A stretch of DNA of 64,000 nucleotides. Source: a virus. This document shows, one piece after another, positions 1-10,129 of this stretch. The position numbers and the translations under genes are program-made. Under the pieces are notes generated by a model that was not told where the DNA came from, searched no databases, and saw nothing but the letters and a program-made list of their open reading frames with translations. The stretch covers positions 52,196 through 116,195 of the IMG/VR virus record IMGVR_UViG_3300028840_002524; one strand, given 5' to 3'. Each line of letters starts with the position of its first letter. Positions within the stretch are counted from its first letter, which is position 1.

Positions 1-1
1 C

Positions 2-442
2 ACCTTCGTTCCGCGCATCCCGGCCCAGGGCCGACGGAGCGCCTACGTCACGGACGCGGACATCTCGCTCCTGCGGGCGGTCGCGCAAGCCCGGTGGGCC
101 AAGTACGCCATGCGGTACTTTGGGATCACCCTCGAAACGAAGGGTTCCCTGCGCACAACCGTGGGCGACATGATCGAGGTGGACTTCCTCAAGGAGTACC
201 CGGACAAGGGGGCTTTCGTTCGAGGGCGCTACCCCGTGTTCGAGGTGGAGCACAAGTACACCAGGGGCGTGTTTCGGACCAATATCACCGGCTACCGTCG
301 GGAAGCGGAGGCCGGGGAGACCGCTGCGGCGGGCGCCAACGTGTCCTCCTCTCGCGGGCAGGACGCATACTTGACCGAGCTCAAGACCGGGCAGACCGGC
401 CTCGGGCAGGGCACGAAAGTGACGGCGAGGGCTCTCGGATGA
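2..442 (+). CDS. Tail/baseplate hub protein (gpD/gp27-like), C-terminal part; runs off the window start
   Basis: Frame is open from position 2. The C-terminal 'VGDMIEV...GRYPVFEVEHKYTRGVFRTNI' pattern is typical of hub proteins, and the gene sits directly upstream of the spike gene. Confidence 0.55.
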   Translation, partial: TFVPRIPAQGRRSAYVTDADISLLRAVAQARWAKYAMRYFGITLETKGSLRTTVGDMIEVDFLKEYPDKGAFVRGRYPVFEVEHKYTRGVFRTNITGYRREAEAGETAAAGANVSSSRGQDAYLTELKTGQTGLGQGTKVTARALG

Positions 443-1212
443 ACCTGTGCAACGGCCTGTGGGCCGCCATCGTTGTTGACACCAAGGACCCCCTGGGGTC
501 CAGGCGCGTGAAGGTCCGCGTGCCCGAGCTCCACGGGACCGTCCAGGATCAGACGATCAAGGACGTAAACCTGCCGTGGGCGCGGCCGTGCTTCCCGTAC
601 GGCGGCCCGACATACGGCGATGATTTCGTTCCGGGCCTCCAAGCGCAGGTGTGGGTGGCATTCGAGCACGGGGACCCGCAATCCCCTATATGGGTCGGAT
701 GCGTCTACGCCAGCGGCGAGGGGCCTGCCCCGGAGTTCGCCCAGGTCGGCCCGGCGAACCAGCAGCCCAAGGGGAACTACCGCCGCACAGAGGGCGGGTG
801 GTTCGTGGGCGTGATCGAGAGCGCCTCGACCAAGGTGTACCGGGCCAAGTCGCCCACGGGGATGCTCGTGGAGGTCGATGAGTCGGCCAAGAAGGTGACC
901 GTCCAGACGGCCACGGGGTTCAAGCTGGAACTCGATGAGAGTTCGAGTACCGTGGTCCTCCAGGACGCGACCGGGAACAAGATTGAACTCAAGACCACCG
1001 ACGGCGGTATCACCCACGCGGTCAAGGCCCTCCTCGAAGCGCCATTGATCGCCCTTGGGCAGGCAGCAGCCGAACCCGTCGTGAAGGGGACCAGTTTTCT
1101 CGCGGCGTTCATCGGGCATACGCACCCGGGCGTAACGTCGGGACCGGCCTCGACAGGCCCGGCCACCCCACTACCGCCCTCGATCCTTTCCTCTAAGGTG
1201 TTTACGGAATGA
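439..1212 (+). CDS. Baseplate spike protein (gp5/gpV/VgrG-like OB fold plus beta-helix)
   Basis: Likely start MNLCNGLW at 439. Motifs 'VVDTKDPLGSRRVKVRVP', 'PWARP' and 'VWVAFEHGDPQSPIWVG', plus the C-terminal HxH tip motif 'GHTHPG'. Confidence 0.85.
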   Translation: MNLCNGLWAAIVVDTKDPLGSRRVKVRVPELHGTVQDQTIKDVNLPWARPCFPYGGPTYGDDFVPGLQAQVWVAFEHGDPQSPIWVGCVYASGEGPAPEFAQVGPANQQPKGNYRRTEGGWFVGVIESASTKVYRAKSPTGMLVEVDESAKKVTVQTATGFKLELDESSSTVVLQDATGNKIELKTTDGGITHAVKALLEAPLIALGQAAAEPVVKGTSFLAAFIGHTHPGVTSGPASTGPATPLPPSILSSKVFTE

Positions 1213-1622
1213 GCCTCGACCTCAGCCCTATCAGCGGCGTTTGGACCGGCCCGGCGTTCCCCTTCCGCCACGGGGTGGCAGGGGTGCTCGGCCCGAAGTC
1301 CGATGATGATGTGCTCGCCACGGCGATCCAGATCACGCTCAAGACCCGGAAAGGGTCCTGGAAGCCTGATCCGAGCTTCGGTTCGTTCGTCTGGGACCTC
1401 CTCTTCGAGCCCCTCGATCCGATCACCGAGCAACTTGTCAAGTATTACACCGTGAAAGACATCACGGATCAGATACCCTATGTGGAAGTCACGAGCGTGT
1501 CGGTGGCTTCGTTCCCGGATGACCACCTCGTGGAAGTGAAAATCGCCTACAAGCGGCAGAGCGATGCCACCGACAGCATCAAGCAGACTGCCGTTGTTTT
1601 TGACAAGCAAAGGGCGGCGTGA
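1209..1622 (+). CDS. Baseplate wedge protein, gp25/GPW-like
   Basis: 'IQITLKTRKGSW...PSFGS..WDLLFEP' gp25 signature; 137 aa; lies between the spike and wedge genes. Confidence 0.85.
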   Translation: MSLDLSPISGVWTGPAFPFRHGVAGVLGPKSDDDVLATAIQITLKTRKGSWKPDPSFGSFVWDLLFEPLDPITEQLVKYYTVKDITDQIPYVEVTSVSVASFPDDHLVEVKIAYKRQSDATDSIKQTAVVFDKQRAA

Positions 1623-4537
1623 TGGCTCTACCCGAAGTCACCCACACGGAGCGCACACAGGACGCGGTTCTCCGGGCCCTGAATAGCCTTGTGCGCGTCC
1701 GGTTCCCGGCAGATTTCAAGGACGTGTTCAAGGCGGGCGTCTCGCAGGGGTGCCTGTCGGCCCTCGCCTGGATGCACGCGCAGCGGTCCTTCTACTACAA
1801 CCGCCTTTCCATCAATGCGTTCCTGGAATCCTGCGACGAACGGGAAGCGTGCCGGGCCCTGTGCAAGGCGCTCGGGTACACCATGCGCCCGGCGTCGAGC
1901 GCCTCGGTGGCCGTACGCGCTTACCCCGACCCGCCCCAGACCGTTCCGGTCACGCTTCGCCAGGGCGAGCAAGTCCTCGTGGGCGACCTGATCTTTGAGG
2001 TCCCCACCGACTACACCATCCCGGCCGGGAAATCCGTGTGGCCCGACGATACGACCGACAACATCATCTCCCTGGTTGAGGGCTCGACGGCCGAGGACGA
2101 GTTCGTCGGCGACGGGTCCGCGTTCCAGGAGTTCGAGGTGTCCAAGGACGGCGTGATCGACGGTAGCGTGGTCGTGACGATTGCGGGGGAAGTCTGGGAC
2201 ATCGTGGAATCGGTGATTTTCACCGAGGGTGACGGCTACGGCCGGGACATTTACGAGGGGGACGGCCTCGACAACCAGACGTACGACCTCGCCCTTCTCT
2301 ACGCGATCATAGACCCCGACAGCGAGGACGCCCCCATCATCCTGGTGGACGGCACGCGGTGGCTCCTCGTTAGCTCCTTCACAGGTGCGGCCGAGGAAGT
2401 GACGGTCACGCAGACTGTGGACGGCTTGTCCACCGTGGCTTTCGGTCTCGCGGCCGACGGCTCGGCCCCCGTGAACGGGGCACAGATCGACGTGATCTAC
2501 CAGATCAGCGGGCCGCAGCAGCGGGTGGAGCTCAAGTACGACGATGACGACCGGGCCACGGTTGTGGCAGGAGACGGCGATTCGGGGCTCATCCCGGCCA
2601 CCGGCGCGGCCGTTGTGGTCTCCTACCGCGTGGGCGGCGGCACACAGGGCAACATCGACATCGGGGCCCTGGACACCACGATTCGGGGGTATCTCCCGGA
2701 CGGAAAGCAAATCAACGTGCGGCTGTACAACTATGAGCCCGGGAGCGGCGGCGAGGATCGAGAGACCCTCGACCACGCCAAGTTCTACGCCCCTCGGGTG
2801 GCGAAGAGCAATGACCGGGCCGTCCGCAAGGAGGACTACGACGCCCTGGGCTCGACCTACATCGACGCGCTCTACGGCGCCCCGGCCTACGCTTCGGCGA
2901 AGCTCAAGCAGGACAAGCCCGAGCGAAACGAGGTCGAGGTGGCTGTCTGGAGCCGGGACGCCAACGGGCGACTCGCCACGGCACAGGACGCGCTCAAGGA
3001 GGCCCTCCGGGGGTACCTCCTCACCAAGCGGGTGGAAACCGTCTACATCACCATGGTGGACGGGACCGTGCTCTACTTCGATGTGGAACTCGGGGTGTCC
3101 CTCTACACGGGGTATTACTCCGACACGGTGTTCTCCTCCATTCAGACGGCGCTTCAAACCTTTTTCAACTCGGCCCTCGTGAAGCCCGGGGATGACCTGT
3201 CGATCTCGCAGCTCTACGAAGTCCTCCAACAGGTGGAGGGCGTCTATCGGGTGGTGATCTACAACCTCACCGGGACCCTCCAGATGCTCCTGGAGCTGAC
3301 AGGGGATGGCACCACGCAGGCGTTCACGGATCGACTCGTGAAGCCCGACGGCCTCGACATCCAGGGGAACTCGGTCCAGATCAAGACACCGAATCAGGCC
3401 AGCCCGACCCAGACCGTCACGGATGACGGCGACGGGGCGCTCATCGGCGACGTGGACCCCCTCGGCACCAACACGATCAACTACGACACGGGCGAGTTCA
3501 CGGTCACCTTCGGGACGGCCCCCGACTCGGGTGCGGCCATCTACGTCGAAGCCCGCTATGTGTCGAACCTGGAATGGGAGGAGACCCTCGACTCATCCGA
3601 CGGCGCCCTCTCCTCCATCGACGTGATCTCGGAGTATTTCCCCATCACCAAGACGCCCCCGAGAGGGGTGGCGTTCGGGCAGACTGTCCAGTTCACCGTC
3701 CCCGAGGAGCTCCAGCCCGTGGTTCCTGGGCGCCTGTTCCTCATCGGGGGATACGGAACCGGCGAGCTCATCGCCTACGACGACGGCGCGGGGAACATCG
3801 CGGGCGACGTGGATGGCACCTACACCAACGAGATCGACTACGAGACCGGTCTCGTGTCCTTCCGCTGGAACGCGGTGCCCCCGGACTCGGGCGGAATTGG
3901 CACCACCATCACAGTGAGCCCGGTCCCGGACGGGGTTACCACCTCGTTTACCTGGACAGCGGCCGCCATCGGGTGGGCGGCCATTCTGGCAACCGGTCTG
4001 TACGAGGGGCGCCTCAAGATCGACTTCTCGACGGCCTGGGCAGCGTCCGGATTCCGGGATGCGTTCGACAACTGGCAGGGGCGTCTCGACGGCCTGGACC
4101 TGGACCACTTCGAAATCCCGACCATCGACTACGCGGCCGGTACCGGCACCCTCAAGTTCTTGTCGGCCCCGCAGGCCGGGGAGCCCGCTGTGGTGCCCAT
4201 CACCCTCGCGCCCGTCACGGTAATGCTGTACTCGAACTTCGTGTGGTACGTGAAAACGCTGGCGGCGGCCGGTCACGACCATTTCCTCTACGCGGACAAC
4301 GAGGGGCGGCTCTGGGGGCAGCCTGCGGCGTCTTATCCGACGAACCAACTCATCCACGCCACAGGCCACCTCATCGCCGACCTCGCCTCCGGGCCGGTGG
4401 TCTCGGGACGTACCCCGATCATCTCCTACGACGCATGGAGGCAGTCGAACAAGCGCGACATCCCGGTGGACTCCCTGGAGATCGGCGGCCTCGGCACCGT
4501 TCTCTCCGAGGAGCTTGAGAAGGAGATCGACCTCTAA
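1619..4537 (+). CDS. Baseplate wedge protein, gp6/baseplate J-like (972 aa)
   Basis: 'LGYTMRPASSA', 'YRVGGGTQGN', 'GGEDRETL...RAVRKEDY' and repeated 'DDGxGxxxG...INYxTG' modules. Confidence 0.85.
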   Translation: MMALPEVTHTERTQDAVLRALNSLVRVRFPADFKDVFKAGVSQGCLSALAWMHAQRSFYYNRLSINAFLESCDEREACRALCKALGYTMRPASSASVAVRAYPDPPQTVPVTLRQGEQVLVGDLIFEVPTDYTIPAGKSVWPDDTTDNIISLVEGSTAEDEFVGDGSAFQEFEVSKDGVIDGSVVVTIAGEVWDIVESVIFTEGDGYGRDIYEGDGLDNQTYDLALLYAIIDPDSEDAPIILVDGTRWLLVSSFTGAAEEVTVTQTVDGLSTVAFGLAADGSAPVNGAQIDVIYQISGPQQRVELKYDDDDRATVVAGDGDSGLIPATGAAVVVSYRVGGGTQGNIDIGALDTTIRGYLPDGKQINVRLYNYEPGSGGEDRETLDHAKFYAPRVAKSNDRAVRKEDYDALGSTYIDALYGAPAYASAKLKQDKPERNEVEVAVWSRDANGRLATAQDALKEALRGYLLTKRVETVYITMVDGTVLYFDVELGVSLYTGYYSDTVFSSIQTALQTFFNSALVKPGDDLSISQLYEVLQQVEGVYRVVIYNLTGTLQMLLELTGDGTTQAFTDRLVKPDGLDIQGNSVQIKTPNQASPTQTVTDDGDGALIGDVDPLGTNTINYDTGEFTVTFGTAPDSGAAIYVEARYVSNLEWEETLDSSDGALSSIDVISEYFPITKTPPRGVAFGQTVQFTVPEELQPVVPGRLFLIGGYGTGELIAYDDGAGNIAGDVDGTYTNEIDYETGLVSFRWNAVPPDSGGIGTTITVSPVPDGVTTSFTWTAAAIGWAAILATGLYEGRLKIDFSTAWAASGFRDAFDNWQGRLDGLDLDHFEIPTIDYAAGTGTLKFLSAPQAGEPAVVPITLAPVTVMLYSNFVWYVKTLAAAGHDHFLYADNEGRLWGQPAASYPTNQLIHATGHLIADLASGPVVSGRTPIISYDAWRQSNKRDIPVDSLEIGGLGTVLSEELEKEIDL

Positions 4538-6561
4538 TGGCTCTTGCGCATCCTATCTTTGTCCCGCTGTATACAAGCGGTACGCCTGTTGGAATCCTCA
4601 AGGTGGTGCAGAGCGGGTTCTCTACCATCTTCGGGAATGAGAACGGGAACTCGAACATCTCTCTTCCAAGCATCATGACGAAGAATGTGTTTGTCTGGGA
4701 CGGCAACATCATTCTTCCCGTGGGGCATTTCTCCACATCGGCACAGGGCGGTGTTCGATTCAACCCAAAAACGGGCACGTTCAACTTTGGGGATCTATAC
4801 ACGTGGGCCGCGCAGCGTATCCCCCTTGGGGACCGCATCGGGTTCATCAATACTTCCTGGTTCCAGAGCGGGCCATCTCCCCGCTACAGGGATCACGCCG
4901 GTGGGAGCGGTCCCGCAACAACGCCAAATGAGTGGGCGGTGCTCGGGGATACCGTCCACGTGATCGGTAGCTCGCTCGCAATACAGTGGGCGTACCCCTT
5001 CACAACCACCCCCGGATCGGTCTCGCTCACGGTGAAGAAGCTTTGTCCCTATAAGGGGTTCATGTACGCCTTGGAGTTCCATGGCGGGGGAGCGAGGCTT
5101 GCGAAGTACAATTCTGGGTGGTCGTGGGTCGCCGCCATACAGCCGATCACGGACCAGGGCGACCTACAAGCCAACGGTGCTGGAGCGGCTTTCTTCGAGG
5201 CGGGAGGAAAGCTGTGGTTCTTCGCCTCGTACAACAACGGAGGAACGCAGTGGCACCGCATCTTCGAGGTGGACGAAACGGCCGGGACGTTCACAGAGGA
5301 CAACACCCTCATTCCCTCGGGGTGGAAAGGGGTCCCGACGAACACTACGCGCCGGTGCTTCGACGTGATCGACGACACGGGTGCATCTCGCCTCGTGTAC
5401 CTCTTCGCGCACAATGACGCTGGAGCCGGGTGGGATTGCTACGAGTTCGACGGGGTGAACCCCATGAACGATGGCTCGGGCGGCGATGCCCCTGTTTCGA
5501 GCGGCGGCCACCGACTCGGGGCGACGGCCGGGGCTATCTGGGACGAATCCGCCGCTGGATGCCATGTGGAGCAGTCTTTCGACTCGGTGCCGTCCGAGTA
5601 CGCCACAATCAAACACCGTACCTACGACATCGGCGCCAACGCCCCGGCAGACGTGGACCTTCGGTACGAGGACCTGAGCGACCCCACGAGCCGTCCCGTG
5701 TTCCCTGTCTGCTCCGAGAAGACCGGCGTGGGGAGCGAGGGGAAAACCAACCTCATCACGAAACCGGCCGGGATCACAACCCTCGCCGACCTGAACGATG
5801 ATTTTTCGGACGACGTGATCGACCCTATCCTGTGGGAGATTGTTAACCCATCTATCCGAGAATCATCCTATGACTTCGGCGGCGGTTCTACGGCAGGCAC
5901 GCGCATCTTCTACTCCATCGTAGAGGGGAGTGGCGAGATCAGGTTCGGCGCGAGCGCACCGACCCCGGCGGTGCAAGCAAATAATGGAATCGGTCTCAAG
6001 AGCAGATGGGGCATGACGGGGGCTTTCACGGTTCGCGCCAGGATCGCCAACCTCGCAGCTCTGCTCACGCAAGCGAGCCGGTGGTACAAGATGGTCCTCA
6101 TGGTGAAGGAGGCCACCAACCAGGGGTACGGAATCTTCTTCTGGCGGAACACGAACGTGTACGCCAAGGCGTTCTCCATGTCCCCCAACAACGTGATCTC
6201 CGTGGGCGCTGACGGCGCCACCCTGATCACGGACGGGATGGACATGGACATATCCCGCGACGCCCTGGGGAATTTCACCATGACGGTGGACGCCAACGGG
6301 ACTCCCGAGGTGCTCGCGTCTCCGGGAACGCTCCCTCTCTACACGGGTGAGATGCAGGCTTGGATCGCCGCCTTTACTGAGACCTCCAGCCAGTGGACAG
6401 GTTCGCCCCAGGGACCGGGGTTCTCCGATTTCCAGGTATTCGGCGCGGGCGGCATCGGGCTGTTCGAGGGCGGAGTACAGCATGATTTCATGTGGGATCA
6501 TGTCCTGGACCTCGGCGTGGGCCAGAACCTCTCCGCTGTCATTCACGCTGATACGGATTAA
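4537..6561 (+). CDS. Putative tail/baseplate structural or receptor-binding protein (674 aa)
   Basis: G/S/T/W-rich, beta-rich sequence within the tail operon; coupled to the upstream gene by TAATG. Confidence 0.55.
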   Translation: MALAHPIFVPLYTSGTPVGILKVVQSGFSTIFGNENGNSNISLPSIMTKNVFVWDGNIILPVGHFSTSAQGGVRFNPKTGTFNFGDLYTWAAQRIPLGDRIGFINTSWFQSGPSPRYRDHAGGSGPATTPNEWAVLGDTVHVIGSSLAIQWAYPFTTTPGSVSLTVKKLCPYKGFMYALEFHGGGARLAKYNSGWSWVAAIQPITDQGDLQANGAGAAFFEAGGKLWFFASYNNGGTQWHRIFEVDETAGTFTEDNTLIPSGWKGVPTNTTRRCFDVIDDTGASRLVYLFAHNDAGAGWDCYEFDGVNPMNDGSGGDAPVSSGGHRLGATAGAIWDESAAGCHVEQSFDSVPSEYATIKHRTYDIGANAPADVDLRYEDLSDPTSRPVFPVCSEKTGVGSEGKTNLITKPAGITTLADLNDDFSDDVIDPILWEIVNPSIRESSYDFGGGSTAGTRIFYSIVEGSGEIRFGASAPTPAVQANNGIGLKSRWGMTGAFTVRARIANLAALLTQASRWYKMVLMVKEATNQGYGIFFWRNTNVYAKAFSMSPNNVISVGADGATLITDGMDMDISRDALGNFTMTVDANGTPEVLASPGTLPLYTGEMQAWIAAFTETSSQWTGSPQGPGFSDFQVFGAGGIGLFEGGVQHDFMWDHVLDLGVGQNLSAVIHADTD

Positions 6562-7551
6562 ATGAGCGACTACCAGACAACTCGGGGGAACAACCTCGGT
6601 ATTCAAACCGAGTACAAGTATGGGCCGTCCCATAGCAAGACGCTCGGGATCTACGAGCTCAATGCCTACGGACCCGCGCTCGCAGCCGAGGTCGGGGTGG
6701 ACTCTCGGAACACCACGTACATTCGGATTCTGACCGCGACGCAGCGCCCCTCCACCAACATCCTCGACGTGAGCGGCCTGATCTACGATGACCAGGGCCT
6801 CGTGATGACCCTCAAAAAGGTCCAGTACGGCCCGTCCGAGAGCGGCCCGTGGACGGATGGAACGATCCTGTCGGCCGACCCGGGCTACAATTTCCCGCCG
6901 GGCGCCGTTCCTGCCGGGACGCCGTACAACGTGCCTGTGGACATCCTCGGCGCCGCCAGCGGCGACAAGTGGTTCCGGATCGAGATGGACTACGATTCGA
7001 CGACCACGGAGCACGTTCAAGGGCCTTTCCCCTTCACGGCCTTTGCGCCGGTGCCGGGGCTTCCCGATTTCCTCACGGTGCCCGAAACAAGCAGGACGGG
7101 GGACTACCGCATCGAGTGGGGAGCGGGCATCCTCACCGATTACTACGAGCTCGAAGAGGCCACAAACGAGGATTTCACCGACGCCCACCTCGTGGCGACG
7201 GGCGTGGTGTTCGAGTACGAAGTGACCGACAAACCGGACGGGGAGTATTACTACCGCGTCCGTGGGGTGAATGCTTTCAACGTCGGGCCGTGGCTCGTAG
7301 GGGACAACCCGGTGCAGGTCCTCCCGCCCGAGCCTCCGTCGCTGTTGACGGTGCCCGAGCAGTCCACCACGGGGGCCTACCGTATCTCCTGGACGCCTTC
7401 CGAGGCGGCCGAGTGGTACGAGGTCCAGGAGGACAAGAACCAGTCCTTCCCGAACCCCACTCAAATCTACAGGGGGGAAGGGCTTTTCGTTGACGTGACC
7501 GGCCGCACGGACGGCCGATATTACTACCGCGTGCGGGCAGGGAGAGGCTAA
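6562..7551 (+). CDS. Virion protein with two fibronectin type III repeats (second repeat incomplete)
   Basis: Two repeats of 'LTVPE.S.TG.YRI.W....Y E..E.....F.......DG.YYYRVR'. Confidence 0.75.
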   Translation: MSDYQTTRGNNLGIQTEYKYGPSHSKTLGIYELNAYGPALAAEVGVDSRNTTYIRILTATQRPSTNILDVSGLIYDDQGLVMTLKKVQYGPSESGPWTDGTILSADPGYNFPPGAVPAGTPYNVPVDILGAASGDKWFRIEMDYDSTTTEHVQGPFPFTAFAPVPGLPDFLTVPETSRTGDYRIEWGAGILTDYYELEEATNEDFTDAHLVATGVVFEYEVTDKPDGEYYYRVRGVNAFNVGPWLVGDNPVQVLPPEPPSLLTVPEQSTTGAYRISWTPSEAAEWYEVQEDKNQSFPNPTQIYRGEGLFVDVTGRTDGRYYYRVRAGRG

Positions 7552-8777
7552 TGGGAAGCGTAAGCGCATGGGCCTCTGGAACGAACTCCTGTGAGGTACG
7601 GCTCACACCCGTTCCGGACCTCTACAACCTCCTCCCCCGCGAGATCATCGAGCGAGATCAGGAGACGGGACACGTCACCTACCTCGACTACTGGGATGAT
7701 CCCGAGGAGAGCGGGGTCGAGATATGGGATGACGCCGGGGCCATCTGGGACCGGACCGGATACAAGCCCGTGCTCGAATCCCTGTTCTGGGTGATGGAGC
7801 AGGAGAGCCGCGAGGACCTCATCGCCCTGGAGGACCTGGAGGATCTTCGGGACCCGGACAAGTGCCCGGCCGAGTTCCTCCCGGTCTGGATGCGCTCCCT
7901 CGGCCACGCCGTCGAGGAGGGCCTCTCGGAGACCGCGCAGCGCGAGACTCTCAAGGCCATCATTCCCCTGAACAAGATCCGGGGAAAACCCCTCTCGTAC
8001 GTGATTTTCTTCCGCATGATCGGCTACCGGATCGTCCAGTGGCCCCTGTGGAAAAAGGAGATTCACGAGGCCCAGGACCGCTACGCCCGCTCCCGCTACG
8101 AGACGGTGACGGCCGTGACGGGGGAAGTTCTCGCCACCATCCCGGTGGGGGCGACGGCCCAGTCACCCATCCGCCCTACCTCCTTCCGCTGCACCGATGG
8201 CGTGGAGACATTCCGGGACGATGGAGAGGGGAACCTGATCGGGAACCAGGGCGGCGACGGCTCTATCATTTACGCCACGGGGGTGTACAGGATAAACTTC
8301 GATGCTGGACCGGCGGGCGCCGTCACGGCCGACTACGACCGCGTGGACGATGAGTACCCCTACCACGCGGCCCGAATCGACCTGGACGTGTACATCACCC
8401 CGATCTCGGGACCGCCGCCCACGGTGGTGGACGCCTCCTTCGTGAAGCAAGTGCTGGACCGCCTCGATGAGGTGAACCCCATCCACGTGCTTCTGAGGAA
8501 CCTGTCCTTCATCCTCGAAGAATCGGACGAGCTAATCAACTTCGCCAACGACGCGATGATGTGCGGGCCGCACATGGCCGAGGAGGTCATTTCTACTGAG
8601 TGGAACTTCTTCACGGGAGACCTCGGAGCCGAGGGGGAGGACTCCCATCTGATCATTGATCAGAGCAACGGGTTCCGCTTCTGTATCCTCGACGATCTCG
8701 CCAATATCGTGTGCCCGGCGAGCGATATAATGGAAATCACCAGCACCCCCGCGCAGCCGCATGATGGGGTCTGGTAG
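7551..8777 (+). CDS. Baseplate/tail protein, P2 gpI/T4 gp7-like
   Basis: 'LYNLLP...DPDKCPAEFLPVWMRSLG...IRGK' and 'VNPIHVLL' are typical of gpI-like wedge proteins. Confidence 0.7.
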   Translation: MGSVSAWASGTNSCEVRLTPVPDLYNLLPREIIERDQETGHVTYLDYWDDPEESGVEIWDDAGAIWDRTGYKPVLESLFWVMEQESREDLIALEDLEDLRDPDKCPAEFLPVWMRSLGHAVEEGLSETAQRETLKAIIPLNKIRGKPLSYVIFFRMIGYRIVQWPLWKKEIHEAQDRYARSRYETVTAVTGEVLATIPVGATAQSPIRPTSFRCTDGVETFRDDGEGNLIGNQGGDGSIIYATGVYRINFDAGPAGAVTADYDRVDDEYPYHAARIDLDVYITPISGPPPTVVDASFVKQVLDRLDEVNPIHVLLRNLSFILEESDELINFANDAMMCGPHMAEEVISTEWNFFTGDLGAEGEDSHLIIDQSNGFRFCILDDLANIVCPASDIMEITSTPAQPHDGVW

Positions 8778-8785
8778 GAGGGACC

Positions 8786-9247
8786 ATGGCAATATCGACA
8801 GCGACACCTGAGTACACATTCGACATCCCGGCGACCAAGGCCGCCCTCCTGTCGGCGCTCGTGCGGCAGAACTTCAACGCTCTCGGGAGCCTGAACCTTA
8901 CGACGGACGCGGCCTACCCGCCGAATCCTCGCCAGGGGCTCCCGCGCATCCTCGCCACCGACATCACAAACGTGAAGCTCCAGCTTTACTTGAATGGCGC
9001 GTGGACGGACATTATCCAGCACCTTGAGTCCACGGACCCGGTGCCTCACAAGGTAATCGTGGCTGTCGCCGCCCCCGGCGCGGCCGCGTGGACCATAGAC
9101 CACAACATCGGGAGCAGAGTCATCGCCCAGGCGTATGACGGTGCTTGGAACCTCCTCAGTCCCACGGCCGTGCAGCAGCCGACCGTGAATAGGGTTACAT
9201 TCAACTTCGCCGGGGCTCAGTGGGGCTTCGCCGTCTGCATCGGATAG
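8786..9247 (+). CDS. Putative tail-associated structural protein
   Basis: RBS GGAGG; C-terminal 'WTIDHNIG...VTFNF...G.AV' module seen in tail fibre-associated proteins. Confidence 0.55.
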   Translation: MAISTATPEYTFDIPATKAALLSALVRQNFNALGSLNLTTDAAYPPNPRQGLPRILATDITNVKLQLYLNGAWTDIIQHLESTDPVPHKVIVAVAAPGAAAWTIDHNIGSRVIAQAYDGAWNLLSPTAVQQPTVNRVTFNFAGAQWGFAVCIG

Positions 9248-9256
9248 GAGAATGAG

Positions 9257-10120
9257 ATGAGCGACAAGGCACGCAACCGGCTCGCACGGGGCCTCCTGGC
9301 CCGGGTAAAACCGGCCCAACCGAGCAGGCCGAAAGCGGGGAAAAATCTCTTCACGCACGGGGAATCTTCCGATCTCGGACCCACAGCCCGTGGGGAGGTT
9401 CGGATCACAGCCATCCCGGTGGACCCTGAGACGGGAAAGCCCGTGGGGAAGCCCGAGGTGCTCCACGAGGACAAGAACCTCGTCGTGACGCAGGCCCGTG
9501 ACCTCATGGCTGCGATGGCGGCCGGGGTCGCCAACAGTGCCTTGAATTACATCGAGCTGGGCGATCCCTCCCCCGCAGCAGCCCCGGCCCTGTCAGACAC
9601 CAACCTCCAGCAGACCACGGGGCAGCGCAAGGCGTCGGCCCTGGTAGTCACGGGGAACGCGGTCAAGGCCACGTCTCTCTGGCTCGCGGGCGAGGGCAAC
9701 GGGCTGACCTACACCGAGGCAGGGCTGTTCACCGGACCCTTCGGCGCAGGCACGATGTTTGCCCGGAAATCCGGGTTCTCCATCGCCAAGACAGCGAGCT
9801 TCCAGCTCCAATTCGAATGGACGATCATCTTCGACGTGCAGGACGCCACGAACTCCGGGTGCACCGGCGTGGCCCTCACGGGTGCTTCCGACCCTGAGCA
9901 GCGGTACATCTTCATCGGGGCGGGCGGGGAGTCCCAGGTCGTGGTCCCCATTGACTTCGTGATCGGTTCATACCGCCTGGAATTCTTCCTGAACGGCCAG
10001 AGGATGGTGCCCACCCGGCAGTACAACGAGGCCGCCATCGGGGCGAACAAGGGTGTCAACTTGATCGCGTTCACCCTGAACCTGAACGACGTGTGTTATT
10101 TCCGGTACATCCGGTCGTAG
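9257..10120 (+). CDS. Tail fibre attachment/collar-like protein
   Basis: 'KNLVVTQARD...IELGD...TEAGLF...MFARK..F.I.K..FQLQFEWTI' pattern of the tail-collar/DUF3751-like fold. Confidence 0.65.
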   Translation: MSDKARNRLARGLLARVKPAQPSRPKAGKNLFTHGESSDLGPTARGEVRITAIPVDPETGKPVGKPEVLHEDKNLVVTQARDLMAAMAAGVANSALNYIELGDPSPAAAPALSDTNLQQTTGQRKASALVVTGNAVKATSLWLAGEGNGLTYTEAGLFTGPFGAGTMFARKSGFSIAKTASFQLQFEWTIIFDVQDATNSGCTGVALTGASDPEQRYIFIGAGGESQVVVPIDFVIGSYRLEFFLNGQRMVPTRQYNEAAIGANKGVNLIAFTLNLNDVCYFRYIRS

Positions 10121-10129
10121 GAGTAAGCC

